Part shown: piece by piece, positions 8,207 through 16,155 of the stretch
Position numbering within the stretch: position 1 is the first letter of the stretch
How the letters are laid out: each line of letters starts with the position of its first letter
From: a virus
DNA length: 64,000 nucleotides
Reading direction: 5' to 3' (one strand)
Virus record (IMG/VR): IMGVR_UViG_3300027969_000087
Location: 4,040 to 68,039 of that record
Notes under the pieces: generated by a model
Database searches by the model: none
Seen by the model: the letters and a program-made list of their open reading frames with translations, nothing else
Told to the model about the DNA's origin: nothing
Translations under genes and position numbers: made by a program

Positions 8207-8323
8207 ATGGAATGTGGTACCGGATGTGGAAATATCATCACAGATGATAACGTATGCACCCTTGAGTTAGAAGAGAACAATGTATCTATCTGCAACTACT
8301 GTTGCTCATGCGAGGAGAAATAA
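8207..8323 (+). CDS. small Cys-rich (zinc-finger-like) protein
   Basis: AAAGGAGG SD; MECGTGCG...ICNYCCSCEEK. Confidence 0.65.
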   Translation: MECGTGCGNIITDDNVCTLELEENNVSICNYCCSCEEK

Positions 8324-8532
8324 TGGAACATGAAGAAACTTGGTGGGACATCTTCACAGATGTGAACCACATCATGGCTGAACTTGGCTGGACTATTGTC
8401 CAGGACGTAATCATCATAGGATTACTCTACAACGTAGTGTTCAAACGAATTATCGTGCCAAAGCTTAAGCATCAATTACATCAAGAAATAGACAAAGAGC
8501 ATGGAATTGTCCATGATGAGGAGGATAACTAA
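8323..8532 (+). CDS. small single-TM membrane protein
   Basis: Hydrophobic stretch WTIVQDVIIIGLLYNVVF; GAGGAG SD. Confidence 0.7.
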   Translation: MEHEETWWDIFTDVNHIMAELGWTIVQDVIIIGLLYNVVFKRIIVPKLKHQLHQEIDKEHGIVHDEEDN

Positions 8533-8693
8533 TGCAATACGAAATGACACAAATAATTAGCTACCTAGTAACAGCTGATTCAGCTGACGAAGCTCTGGAC
8601 AAGTGGAACAACCACCCTAAGACAGCTGTAATCCAATGGCAAGACGGTGACGTTGAGCTATTTGATGAACAAGTAGAGCTCAATGGCTACTAA
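8532..8693 (+). CDS. hypothetical protein (53 aa)
   Basis: TAATG coupling, GAGGAGG SD; MQYEMTQIISYLVTADSADEALDKW... Confidence 0.6.
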   Translation: MQYEMTQIISYLVTADSADEALDKWNNHPKTAVIQWQDGDVELFDEQVELNGY

Positions 8694-8832
8694 ACGTAAG
8701 GAAGTCGTATACAAGACTGGCTGGTGTGGTGGTGTTGAAGTTGACAAGGCCCACGACCTATGCCCGTATGAGACTACGCAAAAAGGTCTTGTATGCGGTT
8801 GCGACTGCCACGAAAATACTGTGGTAGATTAG
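8683..8832 (+). CDS. small metal-binding protein (49 aa)
   Basis: WC...HDLC...CGCDCH motif. Confidence 0.6.
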   Translation: MATKRKEVVYKTGWCGGVEVDKAHDLCPYETTQKGLVCGCDCHENTVVD

Positions 8833-8839
8833 GAGGGTG

Positions 8840-8876
8840 TTGGCTAGGGGCTTTGAACTCCTTTCACCCTAGCCAA
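8840..8876 (+). other. hairpin with CTCCT (anti-SD-like) apical loop, 5' of tRNA-Arg
   Basis: TTGGCTAGGG..TGAA-CTCCT-TTCA-CCCTAGCCAA. Confidence 0.65.
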
Positions 8877-8881
8877 TGCCA

Positions 8882-8954
8882 GCCCTCGTAGCTCAGGGGA
8901 TAGAGCAGCAGGTTTCTACCCTGCGTGCCGCTGGTTCGAATCCAGCCGAGGGTA
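8882..8954 (+). tRNA. tRNA-Arg(TCT)
   Basis: Acceptor GCCCTCG/CGAGGGT, D arm AGCTCAGGGGATAGAGC, anticodon arm GCAGG-TTTCTAC-CCTGC, T arm GCTGG-TTCGAAT-CCAGC; CCA not encoded. Confidence 0.95.
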
Positions 8955-8956
8955 CT

Positions 8957-8981
8957 AATAGCCGGGGTGTTCCCGGCTATT
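8957..8981 (+). other. hairpin 3' of tRNA-Arg
   Basis: AATAGCCGGG-GTGTT-CCCGGCTATT. Confidence 0.6.
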
Positions 8982-8998
8982 GTCATATAGGAGGAACA

Positions 8999-9151
8999 AT
9001 GAATGAGAAATGGTTAGATGAGTCTATCTCATGGAGTGCAGAACATCTAGTGGGTATGCATTACTTAGCAGATCAAGATGACTGGGAAGAGTTCAAAGAC
9101 GCTGTGCAAGAGTTTGTACAGCATTACCTGGAGGAACTAAACTATGAATAA
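8999..9151 (+). CDS. small acidic hypothetical protein
   Basis: ORF 8876..9151 trimmed to ATG 8999 behind AGGAGG. Confidence 0.65.
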   Translation: MNEKWLDESISWSAEHLVGMHYLADQDDWEEFKDAVQEFVQHYLEELNYE

Positions 9152-9443
9152 ACGTAATAGAAAGAAAAAGATGATCTTTGCTCTAGCAATGATCTCTCCT
9201 GATAAAGAGATCCGCCGGGTCGTTCGTGAGTTAGAACGAGCCGGCTTTGTTGTTACTAAGAAAGGTAACAAGCATGTCAAGATCTTTAACCCTGTTACAG
9301 GGCAACAAGCATCTATTCCGTCCACACCAGCTGGCAATGGTCGTCAGCGTCAAAATATGTACATGACCCTACGTCAGATAGGCTTTGATGTATCAGAGCT
9401 AAAGGGTACCAACCAAAAGAAAAAGGAGCAAGCAAATGGGTAA
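9144..9443 (+). CDS. HicA-like mRNA interferase-fold protein
   Basis: LERAGFVVTKKGNKHVKIFNP...IPSTP...LRQIG matches the HicA dsRBD-like pattern with the catalytic His. Confidence 0.75.
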   Translation: MNKRNRKKKMIFALAMISPDKEIRRVVRELERAGFVVTKKGNKHVKIFNPVTGQQASIPSTPAGNGRQRQNMYMTLRQIGFDVSELKGTNQKKKEQANG

Positions 9444-9639
9444 CGCCGGAGAAATAATCAGCGAGGTAATTAGAGCATCTAATGTTTTAGTGACTAGTGT
9501 GTTAGACCTAATTATGAAGGGCGCAGTAGAAGCGTCAGTAACTGATGAGCATGGAGAACGTCAGATCTCTATCCTTAAGCTTGTCAGCATCATAGATAGT
9601 GCCAAAGAAATTATTAATGGGGAGAACAATAATGGTTAA
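9436..9639 (+). CDS. hypothetical protein
   Basis: AAGGAG SD, 67 aa. Confidence 0.65.
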   Translation: MGNAGEIISEVIRASNVLVTSVLDLIMKGAVEASVTDEHGERQISILKLVSIIDSAKEIINGENNNG

Positions 9640-10156
9640 TACTTTTCTACCTGTAGCTGACTATAAAGAGTCAGCTAAAATATTAGACTACCGTCGTTTA
9701 GGCAAACAGCGTGTAGAAGTAATACAACTACTAAAAGCTAACTTTGGCCTAACCAAAGGTTGGGTCAACCATCCCGCAGCTAAGATGTGGCGTGGTCACG
9801 AAGTAGCTCTTGGCCTATACGGTATAGCAATGTGTGAAGAGTGGATCGATCGTGGATTCAAAGATTCATGTACTGCAAAGATAAAAGCACTTGTAGATGA
9901 GCATACTAACGGCAGGGTTGTCATGCCTCATTGGTATGCTAACGAGTACTTCCATAGAACACATAGATCTAATCTATTGCGCAAAGATCCTGTGTTCTAT
10001 GGCAGGTACAACTGGGACGTGTCTGATGACCTTGATTACATATGGCCTGAGCCTGGGCCAATACGACTAGTCAATCGTAATTTAGATAAAGTACTACACG
10101 TTCAAGACTTAGATGAACACACCTTGGAGGTACTACGTGATGAATCGCTTATATAG
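9632..10156 (+). CDS. MSMEG_6728 family / pyrimidine-dimer DNA glycosylase-like protein
   Basis: NTFLP...LDYRRLGKQRVE...GWVNHPAAKMWRG...HRSNLLRKDP...YIWP. Confidence 0.85.
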   Translation: MVNTFLPVADYKESAKILDYRRLGKQRVEVIQLLKANFGLTKGWVNHPAAKMWRGHEVALGLYGIAMCEEWIDRGFKDSCTAKIKALVDEHTNGRVVMPHWYANEYFHRTHRSNLLRKDPVFYGRYNWDVSDDLDYIWPEPGPIRLVNRNLDKVLHVQDLDEHTLEVLRDESLI

Positions 10157-10244
10157 CCTAATCTATCGATGGGCTATGGGATGTAAGAAAAGCGAAGATG
10201 GTCTTCGCACTGGAACGTACTACGTACAAGAATGGGAATAACTA

Positions 10245-10562
10245 ATGGCTAACATATCAATACACGCACTGGCAACTCTAATTATAGATACCCCTGATGG
10301 TGATACACCTACCATGGGCCATATACGTGAGTTTGTTGAGAAGGCAAATCAATTCAATCTACCCGATGACTTAGAGCTGCTAGATTGTGTGCTAGCTGTT
10401 GAGATCCCCATCAAGGATCTAGACGTCATCTCTTGTGGTCAGCATGTAGGTGAAGAACCAACAGACATTGTGCTTTACACACACGAGTGTGACCATGAAG
10501 TGTCTGATCCTTTGTGGTTTGAAGCCTCAGACAACATTGTTAAAGAAATGAACCCTTCCTAA
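10245..10562 (+). CDS. hypothetical protein
   Basis: 105-aa ORF, last gene of the + strand block. Confidence 0.7.
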   Translation: MANISIHALATLIIDTPDGDTPTMGHIREFVEKANQFNLPDDLELLDCVLAVEIPIKDLDVISCGQHVGEEPTDIVLYTHECDHEVSDPLWFEASDNIVKEMNPS

Positions 10563-10566
10563 TAAC

Positions 10567-10603
10567 AATAGCCCCCGGCCTTATGGTCGGGGGCTATTTG
10601 TTT
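10567..10603. terminator. terminator at the convergent junction (probably bidirectional)
   Basis: AATAGCCCCCGGCC-TTAT-GGTCGGGGGCTATT with A/T-rich flanks, between opposing gene blocks. Confidence 0.8.
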
Positions 10604-10610
10604 ATGTTGG
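10598..10610 (-). repeat. CCRACRTAAACAA motif, copy 7 (inverted)
   Basis: TTGTTTATGTTGG on + equals CCAACATAAACAA on -. Confidence 0.85.
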
Positions 10611-10621
10611 GCTACTTGGGC

Positions 10622-12652
10622 CTACTTGGATGCTACTGGTATCTCACAGGCATCGGTGGTGCAGTATGCCTCGCCGGCAGCGTCTAGGGCATTGCCCTTA
10701 TAGATGCTGTTCAGACTTAACTTCTTAATCTTGCCCACGTAAGAGTTGTACTCGTCCTCAGTAATCTCAGTGTATGGTTGCTGAGGATACACGTCTTTAC
10801 CCTGCGGTAGGAACGATACCGTCTTCAACCGGCCTTCGTACATGTGTAGGATTGTACCCACATGCTTGGCCTCTTCTTCTTTATTAAAGCTGAGAGTTAC
10901 TGACACTGAGTTGTCTGACCAATACTGCTGCGCAAATGCTGCCAGATTAGCCTTTTCAAAGAGTGACACGTCACCCTCAGGACGGACTGCTACCGACTTG
11001 ACTGGGAAATAAACCACCACAGTGTTCTCGGGATCTGTAATAGAGTCTTCAATTGTGTATCCTGCCTTTTCAAATAGGGGGACCATAGGATCTAGCTTTG
11101 AGAACCTAATAGACCGAAGTACATATTGCCCACCTACTGGCCAGTGAACTCCGGGAGTTTCACCAGCAAGAATTGATACCGTGCCGGACGGCTTTACGGT
11201 TGTAGTCTTTACCGATTCACGCACACATAGCCACTCAGAATAGAGAGTGTCCCACTTTTGGACCTCTTCGTAGCCCTTATCCAACCATTCACGAAGAACC
11301 GGTAGGCCCTTGACGTCTGCGAATGCTGCAAGACCTGATACTGAGCAACCGATGCGGCGGTTACGCTGCATGATTGCGTTTGTCTTCTCCCAGTGTGTTG
11401 GAATAAGAGTTACAGTCTTGGCATAGAGATACGCAAACTTCAGGGTGCGGTGGAAGTCTTCGATGCTGTCATGGCGGTTGAGGTAAGTCTCAACTAGGGT
11501 ACAGCACTCATATGACTCTAGGCTCTGCTCTGCACAAGGATTGTAACCCGCTACACGAGCATCCTTATTGTTGATTGGGTCATTGAGACGGCCATACTTA
11601 CGAGATACATCTAGCCAGATGAACCCAGGCTCACCGTTTAGCGCAATGTTCTCTACAAATGGGGTGTAGTCCATACCAACTGTAGCTTCAAGCGAGTTGT
11701 TTGACATCCAGCCCCAGCCTGGAGCTTCTTGATCATAAGAGTTACGAGTTGGGAACTTTTCAGCATTCTTAGCATTGATAAAGTCCACGTCATCTGGCTG
11801 GCCTAGAGCTAGTTCAGCTGAGCGACGGACGTTACCGGATACAACGCAGACACCAATGAGATTAGCAATATCAGTGAGCAGAATTGAATCTACAGTCTTG
11901 CCGATCTTTGCGTCTAGGACCTTACGCAGGGATTCGTGCATCTTGCGCAATGGATCAGGGCCGGAGGATGTACCACCAAAGCCCTTAATTGGCTCACCAG
12001 CTTCACGAATAAAGTCATAGTTAAACGTAACCGCATGCTGACCTGGCTTTAGGTATGAGTTTACCAAAACAGCCATAGAGTCTACCCAGCCCTCACGGGT
12101 ATCTGGAATACGGTACTCACCCTCTAAACCTTCTGAAGGGCCGTAGACTACAAATCCCTTGTCCTTGCCCTTAGTGTCGAAACCTACCCCAATTCCGAGC
12201 ATAGAGGCTTCCATTAGGAACTTAAAGGGTTCCGCAGGATCATTCTTAGTCATGCTAGCGGTAGAAACAAACGCACAGTTCTGTAGCGCAGCCGAGTTCC
12301 GCTTAGACATTACGTATTCGGTACCCATCATCCATAGCCCACGACCTGGAGGTGTCCACTTCAAATTGAACATGCGGTCAAATGCTTCTTGAGCAGATGC
12401 CTGGGCCTGCTGACCATTCCAAGGCAAGCGGTTATCCTTACAGTGGTTCTTCTGGATTGAGTACATGCCCTCAATAACACGGCGGCATACCTCTACCCAA
12501 GTTTCTTTGGTACCATCATGCTTGATACGAGAATACGTACGCATGAAGGTAATTTCACCAATTGAGTTCTTACCAGCATCAGTGTAACCCCAAGGAACTT
12601 GGCGGCCAACATACGATGCTACGAAGTCATCATTTAGATTAAAAGAAAACAT
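10622..12652 (-). CDS. nrdJ: adenosylcobalamin-dependent (class II) ribonucleoside-triphosphate reductase, RTPR type
   Basis: PPGRGLW, NCAF, GNVRRSAE, NPCAEQ, ECCTL, TTVKPSGT and C-terminal CTTDAC. Confidence 0.95.
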   Translation of the reverse strand: MFSFNLNDDFVASYVGRQVPWGYTDAGKNSIGEITFMRTYSRIKHDGTKETWVEVCRRVIEGMYSIQKNHCKDNRLPWNGQQAQASAQEAFDRMFNLKWTPPGRGLWMMGTEYVMSKRNSAALQNCAFVSTASMTKNDPAEPFKFLMEASMLGIGVGFDTKGKDKGFVVYGPSEGLEGEYRIPDTREGWVDSMAVLVNSYLKPGQHAVTFNYDFIREAGEPIKGFGGTSSGPDPLRKMHESLRKVLDAKIGKTVDSILLTDIANLIGVCVVSGNVRRSAELALGQPDDVDFINAKNAEKFPTRNSYDQEAPGWGWMSNNSLEATVGMDYTPFVENIALNGEPGFIWLDVSRKYGRLNDPINNKDARVAGYNPCAEQSLESYECCTLVETYLNRHDSIEDFHRTLKFAYLYAKTVTLIPTHWEKTNAIMQRNRRIGCSVSGLAAFADVKGLPVLREWLDKGYEEVQKWDTLYSEWLCVRESVKTTTVKPSGTVSILAGETPGVHWPVGGQYVLRSIRFSKLDPMVPLFEKAGYTIEDSITDPENTVVVYFPVKSVAVRPEGDVSLFEKANLAAFAQQYWSDNSVSVTLSFNKEEEAKHVGTILHMYEGRLKTVSFLPQGKDVYPQQPYTEITEDEYNSYVGKIKKLSLNSIYKGNALDAAGEAYCTTDACEIPVASK

Positions 12653-12682
12653 TATTACTCCTTTTTAATTGTTGTAGGCATA

Positions 12683-12710
12683 ACTCTACCCACATTGAAA
12701 TTGCTGTCAA
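12683..12710 (-). promoter_or_regulatory. housekeeping-sigma-type promoter for nrdJ
   Basis: TTGACA-16 nt-TAGAGT on the - strand, upstream of AAGGAG SD. Confidence 0.6.
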
Positions 12711-12763
12711 ATTTTACTGAGCCGTTTCATGCTCAGTTAACACTGTTATCAGGGTCTGATAAC

Positions 12764-14236
12764 TTATTCTTCTATTTGCTGAACAATGATCTCTGTTACA
12801 GCTTCTTCTGTCAAACCGTCGTTTGGAAGGTTCTTCAGGATAGCAGCTTTATCGCCAAAAAGGTTACTTAAAACGCCTCCGCCAGTCTGACGTTCTACCG
12901 TCATTCTCACAAACTCATTATTAGACTCAAGCTTCTTTAATTGTTCGACTATCTTGAATAGTCTATCAATTTCCTGACCGGTATTTGGGTCAGGGTATCC
13001 GCCGTTTAATTCCTCAGAAAACCTTGCAAATGCTACACGAGCGCCTTGCATCTCAATGATTGCGTTGAGTAGGGCACGGAGCTGATCCTTGGTCTTTACC
13101 TCTACTGGAAGACTAAATGCACAGGCACTCTGAGCCTTAAAAGCAGGGCAGTTTGCAGACACAAAACAGGTGTCACATTGCCTCAAAGATTGGTGGTTTG
13201 AGGAGAGCAATGGAGCGTCCCTGAGCACGTCTCTACCGGACGCATCTTTGTCCACTACCGTGCTATGGGTGACCCCAAATACGGGCAGTGTGGTGCGTTC
13301 TGAGGCCTCTCTAGGGGCCAATTCTTTCCGCACCTCTATAGCACTATTATCAGGGTTAAGACCCCCTGTTTCCGCGTTACCGGGGTCATCCATATCATCA
13401 CTGTTATCAGATAACAGCGGGCGATTCTTATCCAATGATTTCTCCAATTGTAAATATGACCAAATTGCGAGGCGAGTTACCTCATTTGGATCATCAGCCA
13501 TGATCTTATCAAAGTCCAAACCGGCAGTTTCAATGATCCTTTTATACCGTGGTCGGGCTTGGTCTTTCATCTTCTTGGGATAACGCACTAACTTTGTGCC
13601 GTCCCATACGATAGTCTCGCCTCTCATCATAGGAGATAGCCATGACAGGGTGCTAGCGGTGGTAAAAGGTACTTGGCGAAGGTTATCTGGCTTTGCGCAG
13701 GCAATTCCATGCAAGTCAAAGTCGTACTGGCTCTTTAGGGCTCTAACTCTAGAAGCTAGGGTTAGCTCTGTCTCTATAGCATTACCAGGGATAGCTACAT
13801 TATCGTAGGTCTTAGCCAGGTTTACCAACTCTGCTGGACCTTGTTCAGGGTCCCACATAGGCCAGAATAGGCCCTCTGCGGTATAGTTCCAAAACTCCTC
13901 GCGCTGTTTTTGTACCCAGTTAGCTCCTAGAGAAGCATGGGTAAACTCTGTAGCCCCAGCAATTCGCTCTTCATTGAGAGTAATCCACTCTTGGTACTCC
14001 TCGTAATAGCCTTCGAGCTCCATTACGGATAGGTTAGACTTAGCTGCGCTAGAGATACCGCTGTCAATAAAGATGCTGACGCTAGGGTCATACCTCTCTG
14101 ATAATAGATAATCCTTGGTCTTAGGTAGACCACGGCGCTTTAGGGCCCAGTAGTTAATGCCGATAGCTGTTACGCCAGCATTAGTTAGTAGGTTTCTATG
14201 GGACGGTACTTCTCCGCCCAAAAATACAAGGGTCAT
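12764..14236 (-). CDS. TGT/DpdA-like TIM-barrel protein fused to a Cys4 plus helical C-terminal domain
   Basis: IFIDSG, WPMW, LHGIA, ASTLSW recall transglycosylase-like barrels; acidic linker; CDTC-x4-C-x8-C. Confidence 0.5.
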   Translation of the reverse strand: MTLVFLGGEVPSHRNLLTNAGVTAIGINYWALKRRGLPKTKDYLLSERYDPSVSIFIDSGISSAAKSNLSVMELEGYYEEYQEWITLNEERIAGATEFTHASLGANWVQKQREEFWNYTAEGLFWPMWDPEQGPAELVNLAKTYDNVAIPGNAIETELTLASRVRALKSQYDFDLHGIACAKPDNLRQVPFTTASTLSWLSPMMRGETIVWDGTKLVRYPKKMKDQARPRYKRIIETAGLDFDKIMADDPNEVTRLAIWSYLQLEKSLDKNRPLLSDNSDDMDDPGNAETGGLNPDNSAIEVRKELAPREASERTTLPVFGVTHSTVVDKDASGRDVLRDAPLLSSNHQSLRQCDTCFVSANCPAFKAQSACAFSLPVEVKTKDQLRALLNAIIEMQGARVAFARFSEELNGGYPDPNTGQEIDRLFKIVEQLKKLESNNEFVRMTVERQTGGGVLSNLFGDKAAILKNLPNDGLTEEAVTEIIVQQIEE

Positions 14237-14706
14237 TCGAATCTAATGCCATCTTCATTGTTGAGGTATTTCAGGTAGTTTTCTGCTACCCGCTTCTTCT
14301 GACGCTCTTGCTCTTCAGTGATTGCTGTCCAAGGCCTAATGTTTCTATTAGACTTAAAATATGCTGGAGAAGAGAACAGTACGGTTGGGATTCCCATTTC
14401 TAAAGCTGTTGCGCACTTATCTGGGTCTGAATCAATAAATAACTCAACTTTGCCATCCTTGCGGGCAAGCTCTAGATGGCGGAAGCGAAGCTCCTGGCCC
14501 TCGTAGAAGGTAGAGCTAGACATTACGTCTGCGTAGTCTAAGACATAGTTAGTCTTAAGCCAGTGATCAATCTCTTCCGGCGTGCTGTCTGTAGACAGTA
14601 CAACTCTGTATGTAAGAGAAAGTGTTCTAAAAAGCTTTAGACCCTCTGGGATAGGATCTTTGTTTTCTTTTCTTAGAACACCTTCAACAGCCATAATAGC
14701 GGTCAT
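14233..14706 (-). CDS. HAD-superfamily fold protein with degenerate motif I
   Basis: AVEGVL (expected DxDGV), LST, LFIDSDP. Confidence 0.55.
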   Translation of the reverse strand: MTAIMAVEGVLRKENKDPIPEGLKLFRTLSLTYRVVLSTDSTPEEIDHWLKTNYVLDYADVMSSSTFYEGQELRFRHLELARKDGKVELFIDSDPDKCATALEMGIPTVLFSSPAYFKSNRNIRPWTAITEEQERQKKRVAENYLKYLNNEDGIRFE

Positions 14707-15605
14707 TACTTAATACCCCTAAGTGCTGCACGTCTAATTAAGGTGTTAGTATTAGGCAGCTCTACGCCATAGGAAGAGACATTCCCAGCTTTTTGTAAAG
14801 TATCTTTGTAATCTTTAATAAGCTTTAGTTCTTGAATTATACCTGACTGCTTACCTGCTTGCCAGCGGTAGTTATGGTAGTCAGCATAGCCTGCTCCAGT
14901 CTTACTAAAAGCCAGCTTGCGTCCCTTATGTATAGTCTCATAGAACTCAGCAGCCTGATCAATTGCAAGCATAAGTTTGCGCTCAGCATTTACTCTATTT
15001 GGAGTACTGGCAGCCCCATTAAACTCAGCAAGAGCCTGGCTGTAACGGTTAAGCAGAGCAGCAGCCGTATCATAATCTTTTTCTGTGCTCTGTTCCCAGG
15101 CGCGAGAGTATGGGGGGCTCTGAGTCTTGCTAGGCTCTACAGTCCACTCATCATTGATTAAGTCGTAAGCTGAGTAAGGATTGATGTCAACAATATTTGT
15201 CTGTGGGTTGACGTAATATGTGAGCTCAAAGCCTTCCCAATTAGAAGTGAGAGGCAAGAGGTTATTTGCGAAGTCCTCATTGAACATGCTGGCAATCTCT
15301 TCGTTAGAGAGACCTGCGTAATCAGAGTTAAAACGACGGAAAGTAACATAGTCAATGCCAACTAGGCAGTCCAGATCTCCTGGGGTACGCTCACTTTCCC
15401 ACTGGTAGGACACGCCTGAACCAGCTAGCCAAGCTTTTACCCAACGGTGTGGGTCTTGGTAAACTACGGCTAGGTGGTCAAACAAAAATCTTAGTACGCT
15501 ATTGCGTACCCAAGAACGCAGGTGCATTCCCTCAAATAGCTTTTCATCAAGGTCTGAACCTGGGTCACTAAAGTAAGATGTGGGGTTACTAGGAATATTG
15601 TACAT
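14706..15605 (-). CDS. Pol-beta-superfamily nucleotidyltransferase
   Basis: LAGSGVSY...GDLDCLV...FELTYY (hGS, DxD, third acidic strand). Confidence 0.75.
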   Translation of the reverse strand: MYNIPSNPTSYFSDPGSDLDEKLFEGMHLRSWVRNSVLRFLFDHLAVVYQDPHRWVKAWLAGSGVSYQWESERTPGDLDCLVGIDYVTFRRFNSDYAGLSNEEIASMFNEDFANNLLPLTSNWEGFELTYYVNPQTNIVDINPYSAYDLINDEWTVEPSKTQSPPYSRAWEQSTEKDYDTAAALLNRYSQALAEFNGAASTPNRVNAERKLMLAIDQAAEFYETIHKGRKLAFSKTGAGYADYHNYRWQAGKQSGIIQELKLIKDYKDTLQKAGNVSSYGVELPNTNTLIRRAALRGIK

Positions 15606-15607
15606 AG

Positions 15608-15829
15608 TTACACCTCATCTTCTTTTGGCTTGGTTACCCTCTTGGCCTTTACAGTTGATTTGTTAAATGTTTCGTTCTCCGTCTCTGCGGCCTCACCTGA
15701 CGTGATAAACCCACAACGAATGTGAGCATTACCAAAACGCCAGATGAGGGCCCAAAGATGGTCGTTATGTTCGCCGTCAGAATCAATGCTGAACGCCGAG
15801 TCGCAATTACATGACATTTCTACATACAT
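15608..15829 (-). CDS. small hypothetical protein, possible Zn binding
   Basis: CNC...HIRC. Confidence 0.6.
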   Translation of the reverse strand: MYVEMSCNCDSAFSIDSDGEHNDHLWALIWRFGNAHIRCGFITSGEAAETENETFNKSTVKAKRVTKPKEDEV

Positions 15830-15845
15830 TGATTCTTCTCCTTAA

Positions 15846-16145
15846 TTATTCGGCGGTTGGTTCTTCAGTAGGCTGAGCTACACGCTGGGTGAGAGCACCT
15901 ACAGTGTATTCGGCTGCAGCCTGAGCCTGGAGATCCATAAGAATCTCTGACAGGTAGCGACGAACTTCAATGAGAGTTGCTGGACGCTCTACTGGAATAG
16001 TTAGAGAGTCAGTGTTCAGCTCTAGGTAGACGCGACCGTCTGGATCGATGGCTACAACAAAAGCTGTCTTGAGGTTTAGGTCAGCAGCTTCTGCACCTTC
16101 TGGAGCAGTAGTTTCTTCGGTTGTGGTTTCGGTGTTTTCTTCCAT
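15846..16145 (-). CDS. hypothetical protein
   Basis: 99 aa, good SD. Confidence 0.7.
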   Translation of the reverse strand: MEENTETTTEETTAPEGAEAADLNLKTAFVVAIDPDGRVYLELNTDSLTIPVERPATLIEVRRYLSEILMDLQAQAAAEYTVGALTQRVAQPTEEPTAE

Positions 16146-16155
16146 TTTTCCTTCT

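Noticed and set aside
12653-12763. Cobalamin riboswitch or NrdR box upstream of nrdJ
   Set aside because: The spacer is only about 110 nt, with no B12-box or NrdR consensus visible
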